A DNA stretch of 64,000 nucleotides from Candidatus Pacearchaeota archaeon. Lineage in GTDB: Archaea > Nanobdellota > Nanobdellia > Pacearchaeales > GW2011-AR1. Made by a program: the position numbers and the translations under genes. Positions 27,649-37,700 of the stretch are shown in pieces. Where the stretch lies: contig JAGVXK010000020.1 in assembly GCA_018303825.1 (NCBI GenBank), positions 1-64,000 on the forward strand, in the 5' to 3' direction. The notes beneath the pieces were generated by a model, which was not told the DNA's origin, did not search any database, and was given only the letters and a program-made list of their open reading frames with translations. The stretch's first letter is position 1. Each line of letters begins with the position of its first letter.

Positions 27649-29118
27649 TTAATTTATTTCAATAACCTTTGATTCATTAAAGAAATGAATGGCTTCTTTG
27701 AGCTTCTTGCTTGACTCGGCATATAATGTTAATAATTTTTGCCCTTCTGTGATTTCTTCGTTTTTATGATGGTGGATATAAATTCCTGCTTTTTTGTCTT
27801 CAGGGCAACCAAGCACCCTTGATATGTAATTTATCAATTTATTATCTATTAGAGTTATTTTTCCAGATTTTTTTGCTTTGATTTCATAACTATGTTTTGC
27901 TAAACCTAAATCAGCTTTGATTTTTCCTTGCGCATCGATTATCTCTTTAAATTTGTCATATGCTACTCCTGTTTCCAGAATGCTTCTTGCAATAAATTCA
28001 CCTTTCCCTGGCTTTGATTTTCCCATCATTTCTAATATTTTTGCGGCAAGAAATATTGATTTGTTTTCAAGATCTTTGGGAGAATTATTTTGTTGTAAGA
28101 CGCGAAGAACGTCTTTTATTTCTAAAACCGGACCAATACCATTGCCTATTGGTTGATCGGCAGGGGTTAAAACAACATGCATATGCAATTTAAAATTTTT
28201 TGCTATTTTAAGAAATTTTAACTTTAATTTTCTTGCTTTTTCTTTCGAGACCTTTGCTTGAGGACCATAAGGGATATCAATTAAAATATATTTGCTCCCT
28301 GCGGCAAGTTTTTTTGAGATAATTGATGCAAGAAGCTGCGGTTCAGGATCGAGATTGAGAAGTCTTTCAACGCGAATGAGTTTATCATCTGCTGGAGCCA
28401 ACCCTAAAGAACCCCCCCATGTAAGACAGGCATTTGTCTTCTTAACAACTCTCTTCAAATCATTTAAAGAGAGATCAACTTTAGCTAAAACTTCCATAGC
28501 ATCTGCCGTTCCGGCTGCGCTGGTTATTGCTCTTGATGATGTTTTTGGCATGGTAATCCCTGCTGCCGCACAGATGGAAACAACTATAGGGGTAGTTCTG
28601 TTTCCTGCTATGCCCCCTATTGAATGTTTGTCTGCTATTTCTTTTTTATCCCAGAAAAGTTTTGAGCCAGTTTTATAGATAGCTTCTGTTAGAAAACAGA
28701 TTTCTTTGAAAGACATTCCTTTCTCATAAACTCCGGCAACGAAATAGGCAATCTCTGCTTCAGTAAGAGAATTATCAACTATATCTCCAACTACAGCGAA
28801 TATCTCTTCTCTTGAGAGAGATTTTCCATTTAGTTTTTTTATAATGTATGTTGTACTTTCCGGGCTCAGGGCCAAGTTTATATGAACTTCTTTTTTAGAA
28901 TTGAATTTAGCATACTCAAATACTTCCTGGGAGAGAACCACTTCCTTTTCACTAACAAGACTCTTAACAATATCAAAGATTGCAATTGCCCTCAAATTCT
29001 TCTGGGTTATTGCAATTCTGTCTCCTATGTGGATGTTTAGCTTCTGGGCTGTTTTTTCATGGAGAAAAACTATCGGCCTACCCGCTTCTAATTTTAATTT
29101 TTTTATTTTTAGCCTCAT
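27649..29118 (-). CDS. deoA: AMP phosphorylase (thymidine phosphorylase family)
   Basis: DKHSIGGIAGN, PKTSSRAITSAAGTAD, N-terminal double-psi barrel. Confidence 0.92.
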   Translation of the reverse strand: MRLKIKKLKLEAGRPIVFLHEKTAQKLNIHIGDRIAITQKNLRAIAIFDIVKSLVSEKEVVLSQEVFEYAKFNSKKEVHINLALSPESTTYIIKKLNGKSLSREEIFAVVGDIVDNSLTEAEIAYFVAGVYEKGMSFKEICFLTEAIYKTGSKLFWDKKEIADKHSIGGIAGNRTTPIVVSICAAAGITMPKTSSRAITSAAGTADAMEVLAKVDLSLNDLKRVVKKTNACLTWGGSLGLAPADDKLIRVERLLNLDPEPQLLASIISKKLAAGSKYILIDIPYGPQAKVSKEKARKLKLKFLKIAKNFKLHMHVVLTPADQPIGNGIGPVLEIKDVLRVLQQNNSPKDLENKSIFLAAKILEMMGKSKPGKGEFIARSILETGVAYDKFKEIIDAQGKIKADLGLAKHSYEIKAKKSGKITLIDNKLINYISRVLGCPEDKKAGIYIHHHKNEEITEGQKLLTLYAESSKKLKEAIHFFNESKVIEIN

Positions 29119-29127
29119 TTTTACTGG

Positions 29128-30198
29128 TTATTTCTTATCTGCAGTTGGTTGGATTTGTGGAGATTCTTCATCCAGGAACAAGCTGCTTAGCTCTTTTTCC
29201 TTGTATAATTGCAAAATAATTAAAAAGTATGCAAGTATTAATGGACCAAGAAGTAGTCCCATAAGGCCAAACATGAACATTCCGCCCATCATTCCTACAA
29301 AGACAACTACTGAACTAATCTTTGTCTTCCTTGCAACAATATACGTTCTTAAGAAATTATCCAAAGTAGAAACTATCGCAAAGTTATACAGCAGATAAGC
29401 TATGCCAAGTCCAGTATTTCCATTAAGAAACATAAAGAATGCGACTGGAAGATAAACTACAAACGGCCCAAGAATTGGGATTATGGACATGAAAATTGCC
29501 AAGAGCGTAAGAACTAAAGCATTTTGGACCCCAAAAATTAGGAATCCCAGGCCTGCAAGAAGACCCTGTACTATTCCTACGATTATCTGGCCGTAGACTA
29601 GCGAATCTGTGATATCCTTAAATTGCTGGACCAGAAGCTTTTCTTTCGATTTGTTTAATGGAGATAACTCCCTCATCAGTTCCAAAAGTTTATTTGAATC
29701 CCTCAACCCGAAGAAAAAGACGAAACCAACAATAAACAAATGCAGAAGAATATTTGGCAGTTCAATAAGAGTATTTACCAAAGTATTGAGCGCAACCGCA
29801 GACGCCTTTCCAAATATAGTATTTACAGTTGTCGTTGCTTGAACTATGAATGCATCAGATGCTGTTGGAAACAATCCTTTGATAAATCCATCGATATTTA
29901 ATGTCTGGGAAAGTTTGAACAGGCCGAAAAATTGGTTAACCAATATTGGAATGACAAACCACAACAAGGAAACTATAACAATAATCAGCAACATCAGCAC
30001 TACCCAAGCTGTTGCGTTCCTGCTTTTGAATACCCTTAACAGCCTTTTATAAACAGGCAGAAGAAGGTAAGCAAGAATAAGGCCGCTGAAAACAGAGACA
30101 AACACCGGCTTTAACAAGAAAAATACCAGAATGCCGACGATTATTATGACTGCGATAGTCAAAAATCTGCTTACTTCTTTCTTCTCAAATACCATCAA
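29128..30198 (-). CDS. AI-2E (PerM) family transporter
   Basis: Multi-TM, IPILGPFVV, DNFLRTYIV, GLLLGPLILA. Confidence 0.9.
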   Translation of the reverse strand: MMVFEKKEVSRFLTIAVIIIVGILVFFLLKPVFVSVFSGLILAYLLLPVYKRLLRVFKSRNATAWVVLMLLIIVIVSLLWFVIPILVNQFFGLFKLSQTLNIDGFIKGLFPTASDAFIVQATTTVNTIFGKASAVALNTLVNTLIELPNILLHLFIVGFVFFFGLRDSNKLLELMRELSPLNKSKEKLLVQQFKDITDSLVYGQIIVGIVQGLLAGLGFLIFGVQNALVLTLLAIFMSIIPILGPFVVYLPVAFFMFLNGNTGLGIAYLLYNFAIVSTLDNFLRTYIVARKTKISSVVVFVGMMGGMFMFGLMGLLLGPLILAYFLIILQLYKEKELSSLFLDEESPQIQPTADKK

Positions 30199-30364
30199 AG
30201 TTAAATGAAATTTAACTATATAAACTTTAACTTCGAATTTGATTGAAGTTAACCCTGATTAGCCTTAGCGCCTGTTGGCAGGGTTTATAATAAGATTTGG
30301 GAAATCTTAAGAAAGCAAGGTTGCTAACGCAAATGTTTATAAATAAAAATTTGATGTAACTTCT

Positions 30365-31021
30365 ATGGAAAGCTTTATAAAAAAAATATTAACTGGAAAA
30401 GGGGATGAAGATTCTCATAAGTATTTAATTAGGTTTGGAAAGGGAGCTTATAATAGAAGATTTTTGATAAGTTATGCAAAATCAGCCGATAAAATAAAGA
30501 TAAAAACAAGCTTTGAATTCGCAAATGATCTTGTCAAATTTATTAGAGAGAATAAAGATGTCAAGTTTTCGGGAAAAGTGCTTTCAAAACAGCAAGTTTC
30601 TGGGATGTCTGGAAGAAAAAAAGCAGGAGTATACTTATATGAAATGACAGATTCAGATTTAAGGGGTTTTGACAATCCATATTATTTCCTGCTTGATGCT
30701 AATGACTCTGACATTGTTTTAAAAATGAAGAAATCATTGCCCAAACCAGGAAAAAATTCTGAAAAAATAGATGATGGTTTCTGCTCTTTAATAATATCAA
30801 ATAAATATTGGCAGAAAGTGAAAGAAACTTTTTTTTGGGATGTTCCAGATGGAAAGAAAGCAGAAATTGAACATAAGCTGGATATCAAAGAAATTATCCT
30901 TCCAAAAAATGAGAAAGACTCTGTTAAAATAAGAGAAAACTCACTAAGAAAGGGGGCGATAACGAGAAAGATTAATGTTGATGGCAAAGAGGAAAGCAAG
31001 AATATTAATTTTGAAGCCTAA
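30365..31021 (+). CDS. Hypothetical protein
   Basis: 218-aa ORF with TATA. Confidence 0.65.
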   Translation: MESFIKKILTGKGDEDSHKYLIRFGKGAYNRRFLISYAKSADKIKIKTSFEFANDLVKFIRENKDVKFSGKVLSKQQVSGMSGRKKAGVYLYEMTDSDLRGFDNPYYFLLDANDSDIVLKMKKSLPKPGKNSEKIDDGFCSLIISNKYWQKVKETFFWDVPDGKKAEIEHKLDIKEIILPKNEKDSVKIRENSLRKGAITRKINVDGKEESKNINFEA

Positions 31022-31172
31022 ATATTAATTACATTTAAATAGGGCGGAAATTATTTTTATATAATAATTAATATCGGAATATGAAGTAGTAATCCCTCTT
31101 GGTCCAAGGAGATATGCTATTTCTAACATACCAAGATAATAGGTTCAGATTGAGAAAAAACAAGATAACAAA

Positions 31173-32504
31173 ATGGAAAAGTTTAGAAAATTGAAAATAA
31201 GTGGGAAAATTTTGAAAGCCATAGAAAGTTCAGGATATAAAGAACCTACAGAAATACAAGAAAAGACAATACCTTCCATAATTGAGGGAAAAGATGTAAT
31301 TGGCAGCTCTGCAACAGGTTCTGGAAAGACATTTGCATTTGGCTCTGGAATAATTGATAAAATAATAGTTGGAATGGGAGTACAAGCCTTAATTTTGACG
31401 CCAACAAGAGAACTTGCCAATCAAATATCGAAGCATTTGAAAATTTTTGCCCAGCATTATGATATAAACATAACAGAAGTTTATGGAGGGGTCGGAATGG
31501 AGCCGCAAGTAAGAGCAATTTCTCATTCTGAAATTGTTGTTGGAACTCCTGGAAGAATATTAGATCATATTGGAAGAAGAAGTCTTAATCTTGGCAAAGT
31601 AAGATTTCTCATTCTTGATGAAGCGGACAGAATGCTTGAAATGGGATTCATTGAAGATGTTGAAAAAATTATTAATGAATGTCCAAAGGAAAGACAGACA
31701 TTGTTGTTCTCCGCAACAATACCCTTAGATGTTCAAAAGATAGCTAGAAAATATATGAAAAATCCTATTAATATAGAAGTTGACGCATATGTTGACCCTT
31801 CAAAACTCTATCAGATTTATTATGATCTTGGGAGCAGTTCAAAATTCTCTCTTCTTGTTCATCTGTTGAAAAAAGAAAAATCTGGATTAGTCATGGTTTT
31901 CTGCAATACCAGAAGGAACACAGATGTTGTAGCAAAAAATCTTATAAGATATGGAATAAATGCCTTGGCAATACATGGAGGATTATCTCAGAATCAAAGA
32001 GACAATGTAATGAAGGCATTCCATTCACAAAGAGCACTTATTCTTGTATGCACTGATGTCGCAGCAAGAGGATTAGACATAAAGGGAGTATCGCACATTT
32101 ACAATTATGACACTCCAAAAAACAGCACAGATTACATTCATAGGATAGGAAGAACGGCAAGAGCAGGCAAGAAAGGGATTGCGGTAAGTCTTGTTGCCCA
32201 AAGAGATTACGATAATTTTAGAGAGGTATGCAAAAATCCTGATTTGAATATAGAGAAAGTTGAAGTTCCTAAGGATGTAGAGATTCTCGAAGTTAGTTTT
32301 GTTGGAAGAAGTTCATTCAGAGGTGGAGGTTTTAGAGACGGCGGAATGAGAAGGGGTGGATTCAGGGGAAGACAGGGAGGACAAGGAGGAGGGTTTGGAG
32401 GAAGAAGAGATGATAGAAGAAGTTTTAGAGGCGGAGACAGGGAAGGACAGAGAAGTGGAAGAAGTTATGGTCAGTCAAGCAGAGGAAGTTTCGGAAGAAG
32501 ATAA
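31173..32504 (+). CDS. DEAD-box RNA helicase with RGG-rich tail
   Basis: ATGSGKT, PTRELA, DEAD, SAT, HRIGRTARAG. Confidence 0.95.
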   Translation: MEKFRKLKISGKILKAIESSGYKEPTEIQEKTIPSIIEGKDVIGSSATGSGKTFAFGSGIIDKIIVGMGVQALILTPTRELANQISKHLKIFAQHYDINITEVYGGVGMEPQVRAISHSEIVVGTPGRILDHIGRRSLNLGKVRFLILDEADRMLEMGFIEDVEKIINECPKERQTLLFSATIPLDVQKIARKYMKNPINIEVDAYVDPSKLYQIYYDLGSSSKFSLLVHLLKKEKSGLVMVFCNTRRNTDVVAKNLIRYGINALAIHGGLSQNQRDNVMKAFHSQRALILVCTDVAARGLDIKGVSHIYNYDTPKNSTDYIHRIGRTARAGKKGIAVSLVAQRDYDNFREVCKNPDLNIEKVEVPKDVEILEVSFVGRSSFRGGGFRDGGMRRGGFRGRQGGQGGGFGGRRDDRRSFRGGDREGQRSGRSYGQSSRGSFGRR

Positions 32505-32510
32505 ATTTAC

Positions 32511-32915
32511 TTAATTTCTTAGAGACACGTTCTTTAACCCTCTAAAATCATTGTCTAGTGTTATTAATTCTGCATCATTCTCTAAACTTGAGGCATATAT
32601 TAATGAATCCATCGCAGGAAGATTATTCTCTATTGCTAAATCTGCAGCTCTTTCTGCTATTCTATCCTCAACATTGATTATGAGACTTCTCTTTTTAATA
32701 AAGTCAATTATCTTTTCTATATCTTTTCTGAGCACCTTATCTTTAATCAATCTTTTTTTTACCTCAAATAAAGACAAAGCAGAAGTAAGTAAATTTTTGT
32801 CTGAATTTATTATATCTGCATTCTCATTGTTAATGTTAATTGCAAAGTTAATCCATATTGAAGAATCTATAAAATTAAAATCTGTCACCTTCCCTCCTCT
32901 CTTTTTGCAGCTCAT
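32511..32915 (-). CDS. vapC: PIN-domain toxin VapC
   Basis: FIDSSIWI, LFEV, MDSLIYASS, TLDNDF. Confidence 0.88.
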   Translation of the reverse strand: MSCKKRGGKVTDFNFIDSSIWINFAININNENADIINSDKNLLTSALSLFEVKKRLIKDKVLRKDIEKIIDFIKKRSLIINVEDRIAERAADLAIENNLPAMDSLIYASSLENDAELITLDNDFRGLKNVSLRN

Positions 32916-33099
32916 TTAAAACATCTTTTAATTTCTTACGTTTATAGTACTTTGCTAAAGAACCGCCTATCTGGCTTTTATTTGCTCTTTGCATAACTAA
33001 TCTTTTTATAGCCTCCTCGTACGAAGCTACTGCATATTCTGCTTTAAGCCTCTTTAATAAAAGCAGGGTTTTTTCGTCTACTTGTATTGTTGTAACCAT
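32875..33099 (-). CDS. Antitoxin (VapB-like)
   Basis: MVTTIQVDEKT...SYEEAIKRL; overlaps vapC. Confidence 0.8.
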   Translation of the reverse strand: MVTTIQVDEKTLLLLKRLKAEYAVASYEEAIKRLVMQRANKSQIGGSLAKYYKRKKLKDVLNELQKERREGDRF

Positions 33100-33142
33100 A
33101 TATTATATAACTATATTCTATATATAAATTTTTCTGTTTTGA

Positions 33143-33703
33143 TTAATATTCTAAGCCCTTTCTCGCAATTATCCCAGAATCATATGGATGTTTAATCTTT
33201 TTTATTTCGGTGACTAAATCAGCTAATTGAAAGATATTCAGCAAGGGGATATGACTTCCTGTTAGAATTAGTTCTTTATTTTTCGGCTTATTTTTTATTA
33301 AATCTATAACTTTTTCTTCCTCTAAAAGTCCCAACTGGACTGCATAAAGAATTTCATCTGCAATTATTATATCATAATTGTTATTGTTTACTGAATTTAA
33401 CAGGTAATCATAAGTTTCTTTTACATTTAATTTATGTGCTTCATCATTCTTTCCTCTTTTATACCAATCTCCTAAGCCAAACCTCTTATAAGTAAATGTT
33501 GGGAACTTGCTGAGGGCTTTTATTTCTCCAGGAATCTGATCTTCTTTTAAAGAAGAAGCTCCATTTTTCATGAATTGAACTAAATGCACCGAATAGCCGT
33601 TTCCGGAAGCTCGAAGAGCAGTGCCAAGCGCGGAGGTAGTTTTGCCTTTTCCATTACCATAAAATATCTGAACAAGGCCTAATTTTGACTTGTCCAATTC
33701 CAT
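33143..33703 (-). CDS. cobO: Cob(I)yrinate adenosyltransferase CobO/BtuR family
   Basis: FYGNGKGKTTSALG, VQFMK, ADEI, ELILTG, HPY...ARKGLEY. Confidence 0.88.
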   Translation of the reverse strand: MELDKSKLGLVQIFYGNGKGKTTSALGTALRASGNGYSVHLVQFMKNGASSLKEDQIPGEIKALSKFPTFTYKRFGLGDWYKRGKNDEAHKLNVKETYDYLLNSVNNNNYDIIIADEILYAVQLGLLEEEKVIDLIKNKPKNKELILTGSHIPLLNIFQLADLVTEIKKIKHPYDSGIIARKGLEY

Positions 33704-33874
33704 TAACTTAATAGTTTCTTTGAGCTAATAAGCTTTATGCCATACGTATTATTACGTATAAATACTTAAGAATACATTTAAATACTAATTATTACGTATT
33801 GTACTTATAGGAAAATGTTGTAATGAAAAAAGAGAATAGGCTTTAGAAAAGCTTAGGAAAGTTGAGGTTCATAA

Positions 33875-34039
33875 ATGAAAAGAGAAAAAGACAAGCTGAC
33901 AATCCTCATAAACAAGGAAGTCAAGGACAAATATAAGGAATTCTGCGAAAAAAAAGGCCTGAAAATAGGAAAACAAGTTGAGATATTCATGCAAACTGAA
34001 CTAGAAGCTGAAAATAAAAGGGGGAAAAATGCAAAATAA
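33875..34039 (+). CDS. Ribbon-helix-helix protein (54 aa; not in ORF track)
   Basis: KLTILINKEVKDKYKEFCEKKGLKIGKQVEIFM; GAGG SD. Confidence 0.7.
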   Translation: MKREKDKLTILINKEVKDKYKEFCEKKGLKIGKQVEIFMQTELEAENKRGKNAK

Positions 34040-34784
34040 AAAGGGGCAGATGATAATATGGGTAATAGTTGCCATTGCAATAGTTGTAACAATTGTTATC
34101 CTTTTCTTTTTTAAGATAAAGCCAAGCTTCCTGCCGCAGCAAATATCATCTCCGGAAGCGTTCATACAAAAATGCGCTGGATATAACGTCCTTGAAGCAG
34201 TGGATAAAATGATGCCACAGGGTGGTTTTGTCAATCCGGAAAACTACAAGGTTTATCAAAATACCAAGATAGAGTATCTGTGCCAGAATCTTGGAAATTA
34301 TCTTTCCTGCATAAATCAGCACCCTGCTCTATTGAATGAAGAAAAAGAAGAAATAAAGAATTACATATCGCCTAAAATTGAAAAATGTTTCAATGATTTA
34401 AGGGACGAACTTGGAAAAAAGGGAGAAAATATAGTATATGGTAAAATGAATCTTGATGTTTTCCTCGCTCCAAGAAGAATAATTGTTGAAATTGAAAGAG
34501 AAACAACAATATCAAAAAGTGGAGAAATAAATAGATTTAATAATTATAAAACTGAAATTGAATCCCCGTTATATGAATTGGCTAATGTGGCGAATGAGAT
34601 TGCAAGCAATGAAGCAAAATATTGCTATTTTGAATATGTGGGATATATGATTCTTTATCCCGAATTTGACATAAGAAAGTTTACAATGAGCGATTCGACA
34701 AAGATATATACTATTGAGGATAAAGAATCCGGAAAGAAGTTCAATACCGCCATAAGGGGGTGTGCAATTCCTGCTGGAATCTAG
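34029..34784 (+). CDS. Pilin-like protein with class III signal peptide
   Basis: NKKGQ then hydrophobic helix; paralog of 38863..39696. Confidence 0.75.
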   Translation: MQNKKGQMIIWVIVAIAIVVTIVILFFFKIKPSFLPQQISSPEAFIQKCAGYNVLEAVDKMMPQGGFVNPENYKVYQNTKIEYLCQNLGNYLSCINQHPALLNEEKEEIKNYISPKIEKCFNDLRDELGKKGENIVYGKMNLDVFLAPRRIIVEIERETTISKSGEINRFNNYKTEIESPLYELANVANEIASNEAKYCYFEYVGYMILYPEFDIRKFTMSDSTKIYTIEDKESGKKFNTAIRGCAIPAGI

Positions 34785-37700
34785 GCAAAGAAAAATTATG
34801 AAGAAAAAAAGTAAAAAGATAAGAGGTGAAAAGATAATTGTTCTGTTTGAAATCTTGCTGGCAGTATCTATAGCTATAACAACTTCTTATTTTATTCACG
34901 AATCTGCAGTAAGTCTGGTTAATTCGGATTTAAACAATGATGTAAATGACGAAAGCAAAATTGCAGAGCTTGCAATTGTTCTTGGATTTTTTGGAAAGAT
35001 AATATTTGGAGAAAAAGGAATTGTTTCTGCTCTTGAATCTAGTGACTTGCAGAATGGAGCATATACCTGCTTGAAAACAAAAAATAACTCTATATGCCAG
35101 GAGTTTCCGGCAAGTGAATGCAACTCTAACTGCCAGGCAAATTGCGTTCCAACTGGAAGAAATTTAGTATCTCAATGCCTGATTGGAACCTGCTATGATA
35201 AAGATGAAGGGACCTGCTCAACTGGAAGTCCAAAACAAGCTTGCGAAGACCATAGCGGGCAATGGTTTAGTGACCAATATGGAAATATTCAGGAATGCAA
35301 AAAAGGATGCTGCATCCGGGGAGAAAATGCCAACTTTGTTACCGAACAGCAATGCGCTGCATCTGCCGCAGGGCTTGGAATAGTGAAAAATTTCAAGCCT
35401 GAAACAAATAATGAACTTTCCTGCATACAGCAAAGCAAAACACAGGAACAAGGCGCTTGTGTGTTTGAATCTGAATTTGAGAATACATGCAAGTTTACGA
35501 CAAAGGCTAATTGCTTGACTCTTGGAGGAGGATTTTATTCTGGATATCTTTGCTCAACTGCTGAGTTACAGACAAATTGCAAACCTCAAGCCACAACTTC
35601 CTGCATTAATGAAAAAGATGAAGTATATTGGTTTGACTCCTGCGGGAACAGGGAAAATATATATGATGCTAATAAAGTCAAGAGCTTTAATAATGGAAAG
35701 GTATTGAGCAAGAATGAATCCTGTTCTTTGGGGACATCATCAAATGCATTTTCAAATAAAAATATATGTGGGAACTGCAATTATCTTCTTGGAAGCACTT
35801 GCGGGTTGAAAGAATCAGGAGACAGCATATATGGAAATTCTATATGCAAAGACCTTAGATGTAAAGATGAAAATGGAGCAGTAAGACAAAATGGAGAATC
35901 CTGGTGCGCATATCAGGGAGCGATAGGGATTGATAAAGGAGTTGGCACAACAAAAGACAAGCAACCCCTTTTCAGGTCAATTGATGTTGTTGGAAGCAGA
36001 AATTTCAGAAAAGTCTGCATCGATGGAGAAGTAAGAATAGACCCCTGCGCAGATTATAGAAATGAAATTTGTGTCCAAGCAGATACAAAAGCAGGAAGCA
36101 AAACGTTCTCGTCTGCGGCATGCAGAATAAACAGATGGCAGCAGTGCCTTGAATATAACACACAAATTCAAACTGACAACAATCCAAACGGAATAACAAT
36201 AGAACAGAGAAACACCAAATGCACGGAAAACTCTGATTGTTTTATTAAATCTGTAAATCTTGGAAAAGGATTTAGTTTTGGCATGTGCGCTCCAAAATAT
36301 CCAGAAGGATTTGATTTATCAGATACAAATTCAGGCAGTGGCGCCGAGGCAATATGTTCTTTTGCTTCTCAGAAATGCACAGAAGTATGGGTCAAAGATG
36401 TGGGTGGTAGCTGGGAATGTGTAGCTAATTGTCAATGCCATACGACAAAGTTCTCGGAACAGATGAACGATTTATGCATTAGTTTGGGCGATTGCGGAAC
36501 AAAGGCAAATGTTCGGGGAGAAGTTACATATAATAGCAAAGTTTTTCGAAGTAATAATGTGAAGAAGCTCGGAAAAGATGTTACATTAAAAGGAAAGGGA
36601 TGGTTCCCTGCCGATTATGTTTCAGCTTTGAAAAAATATTCAGATTATGAAAATTCACCGAATAAATTTGCTGCTCCTGGAAATCTAAGCGCTTTCTACG
36701 GCTCGCTTGGAATACCTGAAGGATTAGGAAGTGCCCAAACACCAACAGATCCTGCAGCTGCTTTAGGAAGTATTGGAATGATTGCTGGGATGACTGGAAT
36801 TTTGCTGGTTGCTCTATCATATACTGGTGTTGCTCTTGGGGCTGGTGCTGCAGCTTTCTTTGCCGGTGCTGCTTCTGTTACTGGAGCGCATGTCGGAAGT
36901 GCCGCTGTAGGTGCTGCTGTAGCAGCCAATCCTGGGATGGTTGCGGCTGGTGGAGCTTTGGCCGGAGCAGCAATAGGATTCGCGGTTGTTTCTATGCTAA
37001 TTCAGTTTACAGGAATAGGGGGAGCGATCGGAGAAGAGGGAGCATATGCATTAATGGCTGCTGGAGCAGTTGCTGGGGCAATTATAGGAGCGAATATTGC
37101 TGCAGGTACTTCTGCCCTTGCTGGTATGGGTCCATTAGGAGCTTTTGCCGCCGCAGCTCTGACTTTTGCGATAGTAATTATAATAGCCGTAGTCGTGTTC
37201 ATAATCATAGAAGCGATACTTGGAGCAGGGGATATAAAGAAAGTGACATATACTTTCCAATGCCAGCCATGGCAGGCTCCGCTTGGTGGAAAAGATTGCA
37301 ACAAATGCGGAAAAAATGAATTGCCATGCGGAAAATATGAATGCCAAAGTCTTGGACAGACATGCCAATTTATCAACGAGGGAACAGGGCAAGAAGCCTG
37401 CGTAGATGTAAGTCCAAATGATGTTAGTTCTCCAATTATAAATCCACTTCAATCTGTATTAACGCAAGGATTTAGTTATAATGATGTAAGTGATTCCGGA
37501 TTTAAAATAAAGAGCAATGAAAATGATGGCTGCTTGAAATCTTATCAGACATTAATATTTGGAATAGGGACAAATGAAGCCAGCTATTGCAAATTTGAAG
37601 CAAACCATACTGCAAGTTTTGAAGAAATGGAAAGTGATTTGGGGGGAAGCAACTTGTTCTTGATAAATCACACACAGATAGTGCAAATACCAAGCTTGGA

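Noticed and set aside
27649-29118. AMP phosphorylase as part of a RuBisCO nucleoside pathway
   Set aside because: Common in DPANN, and the partner genes are not in this window.
30250-30300. AACCCTG...CAGGGTT hairpin as an ncRNA
   Set aside because: A 7-bp stem with a large loop and no family resemblance is not enough.
32511-33099. VapBC pair as a novel system
   Set aside because: Standard archaeal type II toxin-antitoxin module.
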